Positions 13,692-23,170 of a DNA stretch of 32,000 nt are shown here, piece by piece (position 1 is the first letter of the stretch; each line of letters opens with the position of its first letter). The stretch covers positions 30,001 to 62,000 of the forward strand of contig NC_005070.1 of NCBI RefSeq assembly GCF_000195975.1, written 5' to 3'. Below the pieces are notes generated by a model that had not been told where the DNA came from, did not search any database, and saw nothing but the letters and a program-made list of their open reading frames with translations. Both the position numbers and the translations under genes were made by a program. The stretch is from Parasynechococcus marenigrum WH 8102. GTDB lineage: Bacteria; Cyanobacteriota; Cyanobacteriia; PCC-6307; Cyanobiaceae.

Positions 13692-15278
13692 ATGTCCCAG
13701 TCTTCGTCCGACGGTCAGCGTCAGCCGGCCATCGTCATCCTTGATTTCGGCTCCCAGTACTCGGAGCTGATCGCCCGGCGCGTGCGCGAAACCGAGGTGT
13801 TTTCGGTGGTGCTCGGTTACAGCACCTCAGCGGAGGAGTTGCGGGCGATGCAGCCGAAGGGGATCGTCCTCAGCGGCGGTCCCAGTTCGGTGTACGCCGA
13901 GCACGCGCCCCTCTGTGATCCGGCGATCTGGGAGCTGGGCATCCCGGTGCTGGGGGTCTGTTACGGCATGCAGCTGATGGTGCAGCAGCTGGGAGGTGTG
14001 GTGGAAGCTGCCAGCGGCAAGGCCGAATACGGCAAGGCACCGCTGGAGGTGGATGATCCCACCGATCTGCTCACCAACGTCACCGGTGGATCCACGATGT
14101 GGATGAGCCATGGCGACTCGGTGAAGGCCCTGCCCGAGGGATTTGTTCGCCTGGCGCACACCGCCAACACCCCGGAAGCCGCGGTTGCCCATCTGCAGCG
14201 TCGCCTCTACGGCGTCCAGTTCCACCCCGAGGTGGTGCATTCCACCTGCGGCATGGCTCTGATCCGCAATTTCGTATACCACATCTGTGGCTGTGAGCCG
14301 GACTGGACCACCAGCGCCTTCATCGATGAGGCCGTCGCGGTGGTGCGGGAGCAGGTGGGCGAGAAGCGGGTTCTGCTGGCCCTGTCCGGTGGAGTCGATT
14401 CCTCAACCCTCGCTTTCCTGTTGAAGAAAGCGATTGGTGATCAGCTCACCTGCATGTTCATCGACCAGGGCTTCATGCGGAAAGGGGAGCCGGAGTTCCT
14501 GATGGACTTCTTCGATCGGAAGTTCAATATTCATGTGGAGTACATCAATGCCCGCCAACGCTTCATCAGCAAGCTGAAGGGGATCACCGATCCGGAGGAG
14601 AAGCGCAAGATCATCGGCACGGAATTCATCCGTGTGTTCGAAGAGGAGAGCAAGCGCCTCGGACCGTTCGACTACCTGGCGCAAGGAACCTTGTACCCGG
14701 ATGTGATCGAAAGCGCCGGTACCAATGTCGATCCCAAGACCGGTGAGCGGGTGGCGGTGAAGATCAAGAGCCACCACAACGTGGGCGGTTTGCCCAAGGA
14801 TCTGCAGTTCAAGTTGGTGGAACCGTTGCGCAAGTTGTTCAAGGACGAGGTGCGCAAGGTGGGGCGTGCCCTGGGCCTGCCGGAGGAGATCGTCCGCCGC
14901 CATCCCTTCCCCGGCCCTGGCTTGGCGATCCGCATCCTGGGGGAGGTCACCGACGAGAAGCTCAACTGCCTGCGGGATGCCGACCTGATCGTGCGGGAGG
15001 AAATCCGCGAGGCCGGGCTCTATCACGAGATCTGGCAGGCCTTCGCCGTGTTGCTGCCCGTTCGCTCAGTCGGGGTGATGGGGGACAAGCGGACCTATGC
15101 CTGGCCGATTGTGCTGCGCTGCGTCTCCAGCGAAGACGGCATGACCGCCGATTGGTCACGGTTGCCTTACGACCTGATGGAGACCATCTCCAATCGCATC
15201 GTGAATGAGGTGAAGGGGGTGAACCGGGTGGTGCTGGATATCACCAGCAAACCGCCGGGCACGATCGAGTGGGAATAG
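13692..15278 (+). CDS. guaA: GMP synthase (glutamine-hydrolysing)
   Basis: 528 aa. GATase motif [10 protein letters not shown]-loop [10 protein letters not shown], conserved C-terminal KPPGTIEWE. Confidence 0.95.
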   Translation: MSQSSSDGQRQPAIVILDFGSQYSELIARRVRETEVFSVVLGYSTSAEELRAMQPKGIVLSGGPSSVYAEHAPLCDPAIWELGIPVLGVCYGMQLMVQQLGGVVEAASGKAEYGKAPLEVDDPTDLLTNVTGGSTMWMSHGDSVKALPEGFVRLAHTANTPEAAVAHLQRRLYGVQFHPEVVHSTCGMALIRNFVYHICGCEPDWTTSAFIDEAVAVVREQVGEKRVLLALSGGVDSSTLAFLLKKAIGDQLTCMFIDQGFMRKGEPEFLMDFFDRKFNIHVEYINARQRFISKLKGITDPEEKRKIIGTEFIRVFEEESKRLGPFDYLAQGTLYPDVIESAGTNVDPKTGERVAVKIKSHHNVGGLPKDLQFKLVEPLRKLFKDEVRKVGRALGLPEEIVRRHPFPGPGLAIRILGEVTDEKLNCLRDADLIVREEIREAGLYHEIWQAFAVLLPVRSVGVMGDKRTYAWPIVLRCVSSEDGMTADWSRLPYDLMETISNRIVNEVKGVNRVVLDITSKPPGTIEWE

Positions 15279-15330
15279 GGCTGGATCCAGTGGTCCGGGG
15301 TCGATATCTTGGGCCACCGGCTTCCTTGAC

Positions 15331-15942
15331 GTGACGGCGACCCAACCGCAGGACCTGCAGCTGCAACGGCGTTTGCAGCAGGACAGCATTCAGCTGGGTG
15401 GTCGCACCGTCTACCTGAACCCATTTCTGTACTGGCGACGGTTCGACAGCAACACCGACCGCTGGCTGCGGGAACCGGGTCAGCTGACGGAGGATCAGAT
15501 CACCGCCAACCGCCGTCGCTTCTACCCCGAACTGGATTGGGGTGAGCTGGATGACCACCAGACCGCTGTCCATGACGGTGCGGTGGAGATGTTCCTCAAG
15601 AGCCTCGATCTGATCAGCACCTTCCACCCCGAGCTGGGGTCCGGCCAGATGCTCGAGGTGGAGCGCAAGATGACGATCACCAAGAAGAAGGCCTTCGAGC
15701 GCTGGGTGGATAAAGCGCTGCGTCGCCGCAGCCGCGAGGAGGTTCGTGAACAGCGCCGCTTTGAGCGCAACCGCACCTGGCAGGCCTGGCGGGAGTGGTT
15801 CGGCATGGACACCACCCACAAGGCCCTGGTGCCGATGGTGATGCTGATGGTGCTCAGCGCGGTCGGGGGCTGGTCACTTGGGGCCAGTCCGTCGGCCTGC
15901 CCGACACTCACCCTGCCGTCAGGACAGACTGGAGTTCGCTGA
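15331..15942 (+). CDS. Hypothetical protein with Arg/Lys-rich helix and C-terminal TM anchor
   Basis: 203-aa GTG-start ORF with high GC3. Basic segment KKKAFERWVDKALRRRSREEVREQRRFERNR is followed by hydrophobic ALVPMVMLMVLSAVGGW. No family recognised. Confidence 0.55.
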   Translation: MTATQPQDLQLQRRLQQDSIQLGGRTVYLNPFLYWRRFDSNTDRWLREPGQLTEDQITANRRRFYPELDWGELDDHQTAVHDGAVEMFLKSLDLISTFHPELGSGQMLEVERKMTITKKKAFERWVDKALRRRSREEVREQRRFERNRTWQAWREWFGMDTTHKALVPMVMLMVLSAVGGWSLGASPSACPTLTLPSGQTGVR

Positions 15943-15951
15943 ACAGGCCCC

Positions 15952-16314
15952 ATGGCCGCCGAATCCGGCTCGGACAATCCCCTCGACCAACTGCGTCTGT
16001 CGCTGATGCAGGAGATTTTGCCTGTGGGTTTGGCGGTGGTGGAGCGGGCCCGTCAGGGGGGGCCATCGAAGGTGGTGCAGGCCTTCACGACGGGGTCCGC
16101 AGACCCGTTGGATGATCTGCGCCAGGAGGGAGAGCCCACGGCCCGCAGTGTGCGCGAACAGCTTGATGCCGTCAGCCCTGGACTGGGTAATCCTGTGATG
16201 CCCGTGGCGGTGTCTGTTGAGGAACCCGAAGATGAGCGGGAGGAGTTGTTGGTCACCTTGCAGCGCATTGATCAACGCCTGGCAGCCCTGAAGGCTCAGC
16301 TCCAGGGCGACTGA
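15952..16314 (+). CDS. Hypothetical acidic protein with C-terminal coiled-coil
   Basis: 120-aa ORF. It begins 9 nt after the previous stop and ends 3 nt before the mrdA GTG. No family recognised. Confidence 0.55.
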   Translation: MAAESGSDNPLDQLRLSLMQEILPVGLAVVERARQGGPSKVVQAFTTGSADPLDDLRQEGEPTARSVREQLDAVSPGLGNPVMPVAVSVEEPEDEREELLVTLQRIDQRLAALKAQLQGD

Positions 16315-16317
16315 ACT

Positions 16318-18105
16318 GTGGCGGGATCGATCCAGCAGCGGCAGACCGGCCTACGTCAGCAACCGTTGGTGCTGTTGCTGGTGGTGCTGCTGTTTTGCGG
16401 CGCCATGGTGAGCCGCCTGGTGTGGATGCAGTTGCTGGAGGGCGCTCGTTACCGGGAATTGGCTGATGAGAACCGCATCCGTCTGGTGCCGCGGTCGCCG
16501 ATCCGTGGACGTTTGCTGGATCGTAAGGGACGGGTGTTGGCCACAAGCCGACTCAGCTATTCGTTGTATCTCGAGCCACGGTTGGTGGGAGACGCGGACT
16601 GGCCGGATCTGAGGGATCGTCTGGCGCGGCTGCTGAACCTCGACCCGGCCAAGCTGGATCGGGAACGTCAGCGCGGACCGGATCGGGATGGATATCGCAC
16701 CACCCTGGCCCTGGATCTACGGCCAGAGCAGGTGCTGCGCTTCCGCGAGCAAGCGCTTGGTCTCAAGGGGGCCCAGGTGGATGTGGACATCCTGCGCAAC
16801 TACCCCCATGGCACCCTGGCCGCCCATGCCTTGGGATACACCCAGCCGATCACGGAATCGGAGTACGAAACCCTTGCCGAACGGGGTTACAGAATCCGCG
16901 ACCGCATCGGACGCACGGGGGTGGAAGCGGCCTATGAGTCCCATCTGCGCGGCAAGTGGGGCGGTCAGATGCTGGAGGTGAACGCGATGGGGGAGGTGCA
17001 GCGGAATCTGGGTGATCGCCCGTCGGTGGCGGGGCAGGACCTCACCCTCACGTTGGATCTCGATCTGCAGCAGGCGGCGGAAACAGCGCTGGCGGACAAG
17101 CCGGGTGGGGCGGTGGTGGCCCTTAATCCCAAGGATGGCGCCATCCTTGCGCTGGCGAGCAAACCGGGATTTGACCCCAACTTTTTTTCCAAGCTGATCA
17201 CCACGCAGAAGGAATACGACGCGCTCTTTTCCAATCCAAAGAAGCCATTGCTGTCTAGGGCGATGAACCCCTACGACCCCGGCAGCACCTGGAAGCCAGT
17301 GACGGCGATGGCGGGGATGGAATCAGGCAAGTTCCCGCCGGACATCAAGTTGCACACCACGGCTTGCATCATCTACGGCGGCCATTGCTTCCCCGATCAC
17401 AACGGTGTTGGATTCGGCCATATCGGGTATGCCGATGCCCTGCGTTTCTCCAGCAATACCTTCTTCTATCAAGTAGGAGTCGGTGCCGGGTCCAAGGCGC
17501 TGAAAAGGGCGGCTGATCAGCTGGGCTTTCAACAGAAGACCGGTATTGAGATCGGCTGGGAGGAAAGTGTCGGATTGGTGGGTGATGAGACCTGGGCCGC
17601 GGCGGGTCGTGGCTGGGCGAAACCGGGGACGGTTCCCTGGATTCCTGAGGACATGGCCAGTGCGTCGATCGGTCAGTCTGTGGTGCAGATCACGCCGCTG
17701 CAGCTGGCCCGTGCCTACGCGGTGTTTGCCAACGGCGGTTGGCTGGTGACACCGCATCTGGCCCAGGGAACCACCGACTGGCTGGATGCTGATCACCGCC
17801 GCAAGGTGCCGATGAAAGCGTCCACGTTGGCCACGATCCGAGCGGGGTTGCGCAAGGTGGTGTCGGCGGGAACGGGGTTTGGACTCAACGGACCAGGCAT
17901 TCCACCAGCAGCCGGCAAGACAGGCACCGCTGAGGACAGCACCGGCGGTCCGGACCATGCCTGGTTTGGTTCCTATGCCCCCTATCCCGATGGTGAGATT
18001 GTTGTGGTCGCTTTCGCTCAGAACACCCCTGGCGGTGGATCCGTGCATGCCCTGCCGATGGCGAAAGCGGTCCTGGCGGAATGGAACCGAACCCGTGAGG
18101 ACTAA
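16318..18105 (+). CDS. mrdA: Class B penicillin-binding protein 2 (elongation transpeptidase)
   Basis: 595 aa. N-terminal TM, then ENRIRLVPRSPIRGRLLDRKG (PBP2-like dimerisation domain). Transpeptidase motifs STWKP, SSN and KTGTA. Confidence 0.88.
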   Translation: MAGSIQQRQTGLRQQPLVLLLVVLLFCGAMVSRLVWMQLLEGARYRELADENRIRLVPRSPIRGRLLDRKGRVLATSRLSYSLYLEPRLVGDADWPDLRDRLARLLNLDPAKLDRERQRGPDRDGYRTTLALDLRPEQVLRFREQALGLKGAQVDVDILRNYPHGTLAAHALGYTQPITESEYETLAERGYRIRDRIGRTGVEAAYESHLRGKWGGQMLEVNAMGEVQRNLGDRPSVAGQDLTLTLDLDLQQAAETALADKPGGAVVALNPKDGAILALASKPGFDPNFFSKLITTQKEYDALFSNPKKPLLSRAMNPYDPGSTWKPVTAMAGMESGKFPPDIKLHTTACIIYGGHCFPDHNGVGFGHIGYADALRFSSNTFFYQVGVGAGSKALKRAADQLGFQQKTGIEIGWEESVGLVGDETWAAAGRGWAKPGTVPWIPEDMASASIGQSVVQITPLQLARAYAVFANGGWLVTPHLAQGTTDWLDADHRRKVPMKASTLATIRAGLRKVVSAGTGFGLNGPGIPPAAGKTGTAEDSTGGPDHAWFGSYAPYPDGEIVVVAFAQNTPGGGSVHALPMAKAVLAEWNRTRED

Positions 18106-18108
18106 AGG

Positions 18109-19254
18109 TCAGGCCGCCGCGCTGAGCTCTCGCTCCAGCACCTGCCGGTAATAGCCACGCAGCTGTTCGGTTGCTCCAGCCCAGCCCCAGCGTTCCGCTT
18201 CGGAGCGGGCGGCACTGCGCAGGCTCTGGCGCTCGGCGGCGTTGCCCAGCAGGCGTTGGCTGGCTTCGATCAGGCTGGCGGCACCGCCATCGGCGCCATC
18301 GGGTTCATAGAGGCAGCCATTCACACCGTCGCTAATGATGTCAGGGATTCCGCCGCGGTTGGCGCCCACCACGGGGCAGCCTGCGGCCATGGCCTCCAGC
18401 AGCACCAGGCCAAGGGTTTCCGTGCTGGAGGGGAAGAGGAAGGCATCGCCGCTGGCGTAGGCACCGGCGAGTTCTTCGCCGGCCAGATATCCCACGAAGG
18501 TGGTGGCGGTGCCCTCGAAATGCTTTTCCAGTTGCTGGCGATGCGGACCGTCGCCCACCAAAGCCAATCGGGCGTCCGGAAGGGTTTCCAGTACCGGACG
18601 GATCCGTTCGATCTGTTTCTCGGCAGACAGCCGGCCCACATACAACAACAGGGCGCCGCGGTCGTCATGGCCCCCCAGGAGTCGCGCTCGCATCGTGTCT
18701 GAGCGCAGTTCGGGACGGAACAGGTCGGTGTCGACGCCCCGCTGCCACAAGTCAGTGTTCTGAATGCCTTTGTCGCTCAGTTCCTGCACCATGGCGGTGG
18801 AGGTGCAGAGGTTGAGCAGCGCTTGGTTGTGGGCGGCCTTGAGCAATTCCCACAGCAGGGGTTCGAGCATGCCCATGCCGTAGTGCTCGAGGTACTTCGG
18901 CAGGTGGGTGTGGTAGCTGGCAATCAGCGGAATCGATTTGCTTTTCGCCAGCCAGATGCCCCCCAGGCCCAGCACGGCGGGGTTGACGACGTGGATCAGG
19001 TCCGGTTGAAAGCTGTCGATCGCTTCGGAGACGGCAGGCCGTGGCAAGGCCAGCTTGAGCTCGGGATAGAGGGGGAGCGGCATGGCGGGCACGCCGATCA
19101 ACCGGGCACCCATGTACTCATCCGGACAACCCTCCGGACAGAACACGATCACCTCATCACCGGCCTCCACCAGATGCCTCACTGTTTTGGTGAGGCGGGT
19201 GACGATGCCATCCACCTTCGGCAGGAAGGTTTCGGTGAAGAAGGCGATTTTCAC
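18109..19254 (-). CDS. sqdX: Sulfoquinovosyl-diacylglycerol synthase (GT4 glycosyltransferase)
   Basis: 381 aa. MKIAFFTETFLPKVDGIVTRL N-terminus and ETLGLVLLEAMAAGCPVV GT4 motif. It lies directly downstream of sqdB with a 13-nt gap. Confidence 0.85.
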   Translation of the reverse strand: MKIAFFTETFLPKVDGIVTRLTKTVRHLVEAGDEVIVFCPEGCPDEYMGARLIGVPAMPLPLYPELKLALPRPAVSEAIDSFQPDLIHVVNPAVLGLGGIWLAKSKSIPLIASYHTHLPKYLEHYGMGMLEPLLWELLKAAHNQALLNLCTSTAMVQELSDKGIQNTDLWQRGVDTDLFRPELRSDTMRARLLGGHDDRGALLLYVGRLSAEKQIERIRPVLETLPDARLALVGDGPHRQQLEKHFEGTATTFVGYLAGEELAGAYASGDAFLFPSSTETLGLVLLEAMAAGCPVVGANRGGIPDIISDGVNGCLYEPDGADGGAASLIEASQRLLGNAAERQSLRSAARSEAERWGWAGATEQLRGYYRQVLERELSAAA

Positions 19255-19267
19255 GGGCTGAACCGGA

Positions 19268-20464
19268 TCAGGAGGCGGTGCCGATGGCTTGTGCCTGGGT
19301 CTTAGTCCAGGCAGAGGTGCAGAGGATGCGGTTGCGGTCGCAGCGGTCGGCGAAGCGGGTGGCGATTTCCACCACTTCCTTCAGCAGTCCGTCATCGAGG
19401 GTGGTGGGATTGAGACCCAGCTCGATAAAGCAGCGGTTGTCCACGATCAGGTCGTTTTCGACGGCCTCATTGCGGGGGTTGGGCAGGTTGTTCACCTGCG
19501 CACCGGTGAGGGCGGCCACCTTCTTGGCCAGTTCGCCCACCTGGTGGCTTTCCGTCATCTGGTTGAAGATCTTCACCCGCTCGCCCTGGGTGGGGGGGTT
19601 CTCCATAGCCAACTGGACGCACCGCACCGAATCGCGGATGTGAATGAAGGCACGGGTCTGGCCGCCGGTGCCATGCACCGTGAGGGGGTAACCGATGGCC
19701 GCTTGCATCAAGAAGCGGTTCAGCACCGTGCCGTAGTCGCCGTCGTAATCGAAGCGGTTGGTCAGGCGTGGGTCGCGATCGGTGGCGTCGGTGTTGGTGC
19801 CCCAAACGATGCCCTGATGCAGATCTGTGATCCGGACCTTGTCGTTCTTGTTGTAGTAAAGGAAGAGAAGCTGATCCAGCGTCTTCGTCATGTGATAGAC
19901 GCTCCCCGGGCTGGCGGGGTGAAGGATCTCCTCCTCGAAACGGCTGCCGTCCGGCTGGGGAACTTCCACCTTGAGGTAGCCCTCGGGGATGGTGGCACCG
20001 CGGTGGGAGCCGTAGCCGTAGACGCCCATGGTGCCCAGGTGCACCACATGGATGTCCTGCCCGCTTTCCACGATGGCGGCCAGCAGGTTGTGGGTGCCGT
20101 TGACGTTGTTGTCGACGGTGTAGCGCTTGGTGGCGCTGCTTTTCATCGAATAGGGCGCGGCCCGCTGTTCGGCGAAATGAACAATCGAGTCCGGCTTCTC
20201 CTCCAGCAGCAGATCCAGCAGCCTCTGATATTCGTGGGCGATATCCATGTGCACGAAGCGCATCGGCTTGCCGCCGATCTCCTCCCAGGCCTTCAGCCGT
20301 TCACCAATGCTGACGATCGGCGTGAGCGACTCAACCTCCAGATCGATGTCGATCTTCCGGCGACTGAGGTTGTCCACGATCAGCACGTCATGGCCCTGAT
20401 CCGCCAGGTTCACCGCACAGGGCCAGCCGCAAAAGCCGTCACCGCCGAGAACGAGAACTTTCAC
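19268..20464 (-). CDS. sqdB: UDP-sulfoquinovose synthase
   Basis: 398 aa. Rossmann motif VLVLGGDGFCGW and SDR catalytic motif YHMTK. GTG start preceded by AGGAG (complement of 20471-20475). Confidence 0.92.
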   Translation of the reverse strand: MKVLVLGGDGFCGWPCAVNLADQGHDVLIVDNLSRRKIDIDLEVESLTPIVSIGERLKAWEEIGGKPMRFVHMDIAHEYQRLLDLLLEEKPDSIVHFAEQRAAPYSMKSSATKRYTVDNNVNGTHNLLAAIVESGQDIHVVHLGTMGVYGYGSHRGATIPEGYLKVEVPQPDGSRFEEEILHPASPGSVYHMTKTLDQLLFLYYNKNDKVRITDLHQGIVWGTNTDATDRDPRLTNRFDYDGDYGTVLNRFLMQAAIGYPLTVHGTGGQTRAFIHIRDSVRCVQLAMENPPTQGERVKIFNQMTESHQVGELAKKVAALTGAQVNNLPNPRNEAVENDLIVDNRCFIELGLNPTTLDDGLLKEVVEIATRFADRCDRNRILCTSAWTKTQAQAIGTAS

Positions 20465-20537
20465 CCCAAACTCCTGCTGGAAAGAGCGGAACGCTCATTC
20501 CAGGCAAGCTACTACAGGGATTTTCGTGGGCTGCAGT

Positions 20538-20711
20538 TCAGCTGATGGCAACGGTCACTGCCATCAAGCCAGCCACGAGCACAACACCACCGACCATCAT
20601 CAGAAGTGAGCTGCGACCGCGGCTGCGGCTGGTCTCCAGGTCCATCACCTCCATGCGGGGTTCCTTGGCGAAGGCGTTGAGGCGTCCGCCGTCTTCTGTG
20701 GTGACCTGCAT
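20538..20711 (-). CDS. 57-aa single-TM membrane protein (not in ORF track); possibly the cyanobacterial ssl1498-type light-harvesting-like family
   Basis: Hand translation of the minus strand from ATG 20711: MQVTTEDGGRLNAFAKEPRMEVMDLETSRSRGRSSLLMMVGGVVLVAGLMAVTVAIS, stop 20538-20540. High GC3. The track ORF on the opposite strand (20545-20805) looks like its antisense shadow. The family assignment is from memory of the N-terminal GGRLNxFAxEP pattern. Confidence 0.6.
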   Translation of the reverse strand: MQVTTEDGGRLNAFAKEPRMEVMDLETSRSRGRSSLLMMVGGVVLVAGLMAVTVAIS

Positions 20712-20776
20712 GGGTCTGATGCGACTGGACGGACGCTATGGGTCCAATTGCTCAGCGACCGTCAATGTGTCGCAGG

Positions 20777-20802
20777 CTTCATGTCACTTCATGTCTCTTC
20801 AC
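20777..20802 (-). promoter_or_regulatory. Phased 10-nt direct repeats (2.5 copies) upstream of the 57-aa membrane protein gene
   Basis: Plus strand reads cttcatgtca(20777-20786) cttcatgtct(20787-20796) cttcac(20797-20802). Minus strand reads AGACATGAAG TGACATGAAG. It sits 65-91 nt upstream of ATG 20711 and 5 nt downstream of the thiG stop. Confidence 0.4.
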
Positions 20803-20806
20803 TGAA

Positions 20807-21646
20807 TCAGCTGCTGACCAGGCCGGTCGTAGGCGAACTGGCGGAGGCCTCCTCGCGGCGGGGAAGCCGGCCGGCGCAGAAGGCTGTTCGTCCAGCGATC
20901 ACGGCCTGACCCATGGCCTCAGCCATGGCGGCAGGGTTTCTAGCTAAGGCGATTGCACTGTTCACCAGCACAGCGTCGGCACCCATTTCCAGGGCTTGAG
21001 CCGCTTCGCTGGGCACACCGATGCCGGCATCGACGACTACCGGCACCGAGGCGTTTTCGATGATCAGAGCGATGTTGGCGGCATTGTTCAATCCCTGGCC
21101 TGATCCGATGGGCGAGCCGAGGGGCATCACCGTGGCGCAACCGGCGTCCTCGAGGTGCTTGGCCAGCAAGGGATCAGCATTGATGTAGGGCAGCACGGTG
21201 AAGCCTTCGTTCACCAGTTGTTCAGCTGCCTGGAGGGTGCCGATCGGATCCGGCAGCAGATGACGGCCGTCGGGAATCACCTCCAGCTTCACAAAGGTGT
21301 TGTCCTCCTGACCAGCCAGCTTCGCGAGTTCACGGCCAAGCCTGGCCACCCGTACGGCCTCCTCAGCATTGGTGCAGCCCGCGGTGTTGGGCAGCATCCA
21401 GATGCGTGTCCAATCGATGGCTTCCATCAATCCGGCGTGGCCGGCTGCCACGGCCTGCACACGGCGCACCGCCACGGTGACCATCTCGCAGGCAGACCGC
21501 TTGATGCTCTGTTGCATCACCTCCATGGAGGGGTACTTGCCGGTTCCGGTGAACAGCCGACTGTGGAAGCGGCGGCCGCCAATGATCAGGTCATCGCCCT
21601 GGGCCAGGGAGATGGGTGGGTTGGGAACCATGACGCGTCTGAGCAA
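20807..21646 (-). CDS. thiG: Thiazole synthase
   Basis: 279 aa. [25 protein letters not shown] and the [11 protein letters not shown] motifs are typical of ThiG. The start could instead be the Met 5 codons downstream. Confidence 0.9.
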   Translation of the reverse strand: MLRRVMVPNPPISLAQGDDLIIGGRRFHSRLFTGTGKYPSMEVMQQSIKRSACEMVTVAVRRVQAVAAGHAGLMEAIDWTRIWMLPNTAGCTNAEEAVRVARLGRELAKLAGQEDNTFVKLEVIPDGRHLLPDPIGTLQAAEQLVNEGFTVLPYINADPLLAKHLEDAGCATVMPLGSPIGSGQGLNNAANIALIIENASVPVVVDAGIGVPSEAAQALEMGADAVLVNSAIALARNPAAMAEAMGQAVIAGRTAFCAGRLPRREEASASSPTTGLVSS

Positions 21647-21682
21647 AAGGGCCTACCGTGGCTCCATCATCCCTCGCGCTTC

Positions 21683-22234
21683 ATGCCTGTCCTGCTCGCC
21701 ATGGATCTTCCGGTCGGCAGTCAGGTGCCGTTCCAGAGCAACCCACAGCTTCCGCTGGATCCGATTCAGCTGGCGATCCCCCTGGAGATCGACGACGGCA
21801 AGGTTGAGAGCTTCGATCCCGTCGCACGGGCCCAAGAACTGGCGACGACGCTTCCACGCACTTGGTGCGGGACATTTGAGCCTTTTGATGGCAATCCCAC
21901 CGTTGATGTGACGTTGGAGCTCAGTGCCGTCACGGCGATCGGTCAGATGGTTGACCTGCGCGGCAGCATGACCATGGGGTCAGTAACCACACCGGTTCAG
22001 GGCAATCTCCATGCCAAATCAGATCAATTGGATCTGATTCCCCTCGGAGATCCGTTGATTGCCGGTGTTGAGCCTGGCGGTCTGTTTCTCGGTCTCCAGG
22101 GTTTCAGTCCCACCGGCTGGCAATCACCTCGTTTGATCAATACCGCTGACCCCAGCACAGGTGTTGGTGGCCGCTTGGCCCTCATGAGCAGCTGCCAGGC
22201 TGAGACGCCTGTGCCAGTCCAACCACTCTGGTGA
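21683..22234 (+). CDS. Hypothetical protein (predicted beta-rich)
   Basis: This is the portion of track ORF 21155-22234 lying beyond thiG, with the first ATG after thiG at 21683 (183 aa). No family recognised. Confidence 0.5.
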   Translation: MPVLLAMDLPVGSQVPFQSNPQLPLDPIQLAIPLEIDDGKVESFDPVARAQELATTLPRTWCGTFEPFDGNPTVDVTLELSAVTAIGQMVDLRGSMTMGSVTTPVQGNLHAKSDQLDLIPLGDPLIAGVEPGGLFLGLQGFSPTGWQSPRLINTADPSTGVGGRLALMSSCQAETPVPVQPLW

Positions 22235-22257
22235 AGACTGGGTGATCGTTGAATCGA

Positions 22258-22773
22258 TCAGACCCGTTTTTCAAGCTTTTTGACAGCTCGTTTCGCTGTC
22301 TGGTTCTCAGGTTCGATCTCCAGGGTGCGCCGATAAAGCGTCAACGCCTCTTCTGTCTTGAGCAGCTTGTCCTGGGCATAGCCCAGATTGTTTAAAGCCA
22401 CCGGGTAGTTCGGTTTGGCCTTGAGAGCAAGTTTGTAGTGCTTGCTCGCTTCCTCGTAGTTCTTCTGAGCAGCTAAAGCAAAGCCCAGGGCATTTTCAAT
22501 CACGGCCCGAGCCTCATCGGGTTCATCACCCAGACGTTTCAACGCCTGTTTGAGCGTTGCTGTGGCCTGGGGATAAAGCCGTTTGCGCAACTGAACGGAG
22601 CCGAGTTCGTAGAGATCGGCTGCCTGTCGAGACTTGGCCGTGCCGGATTGTTCCAACTGTTGCAGCCGTGATTCGTCACGACGCACGCGGAGCAATTGCC
22701 TGCCGACCACCACCGCGGCGATGGCCAGCAGGCCGACCAGGCCCAGCAGGTAGGTCTGGGGCAGCAGATTCAC
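22258..22773 (-). CDS. Membrane-anchored TPR-repeat protein (Ycf37-like architecture)
   Basis: 171 aa. N-terminal TM (LLGLVGLLAIAAVVVG) followed by about three TPR units (for example NYEEASKHYKLALKAKPNYPVALNNLGYA). GTG start 9 nt after the rplT stop. Confidence 0.7.
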   Translation of the reverse strand: MNLLPQTYLLGLVGLLAIAAVVVGRQLLRVRRDESRLQQLEQSGTAKSRQAADLYELGSVQLRKRLYPQATATLKQALKRLGDEPDEARAVIENALGFALAAQKNYEEASKHYKLALKAKPNYPVALNNLGYAQDKLLKTEEALTLYRRTLEIEPENQTAKRAVKKLEKRV

Positions 22774-22782
22774 AGCGCTGAA

Positions 22783-23130
22783 TCAGCCTTTGGCGGTGGC
22801 GACCACGTTGCTGAAGCTGCCGGGATCCACGACAGCCAGCTGCGCCAGCATCTTGCGGTTCAGGCGAACGTCGGCCTTTTTCAGGCCACCCATCAAACGG
22901 CTGTAGCTCACACCATTGATGCGTGCTGCTGCATTGATGCGAGCAATCCAGAGGCGACGGAAATCGCGCTTGCGGCGACGACGGTCGCGGTAGGCGTTGC
23001 ACAACGCCTTCATCACCCGCTGATTGGCGGTGCGGAATTGGGTTCCGTTGCCGCCGCGGAAGCCACGGGCAAGCCGCAGGATCTTGTTACGGCGCTTACG
23101 GGCGACGTTGCCTCTCTTGACGCGAGCCAT
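22783..23130 (-). CDS. rplT: 50S ribosomal protein L20
   Basis: 115 aa, [26 protein letters not shown] is the canonical L20 N-terminus. Confidence 0.95.
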   Translation of the reverse strand: MARVKRGNVARKRRNKILRLARGFRGGNGTQFRTANQRVMKALCNAYRDRRRRKRDFRRLWIARINAAARINGVSYSRLMGGLKKADVRLNRKMLAQLAVVDPGSFSNVVATAKG

Positions 23131-23170
23131 GACGTTGGAAGGGTTGAATCAGATCGGGACGGAAAAAGCT

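Noticed and set aside
21155-21682. An N-terminal 176-aa extension of the 359-aa ORF 21155-22234. A similar extension occurs at 23253-23426 of the SpoIID-like ORF and at 10109-10348 of the His-tail ORF.
   Set aside because: These upstream portions overlap bona fide opposite-strand genes (thiG, rpmI and the AbrB-type gene). Each has a sensible internal start just past the neighbouring gene, so I trimmed the calls.
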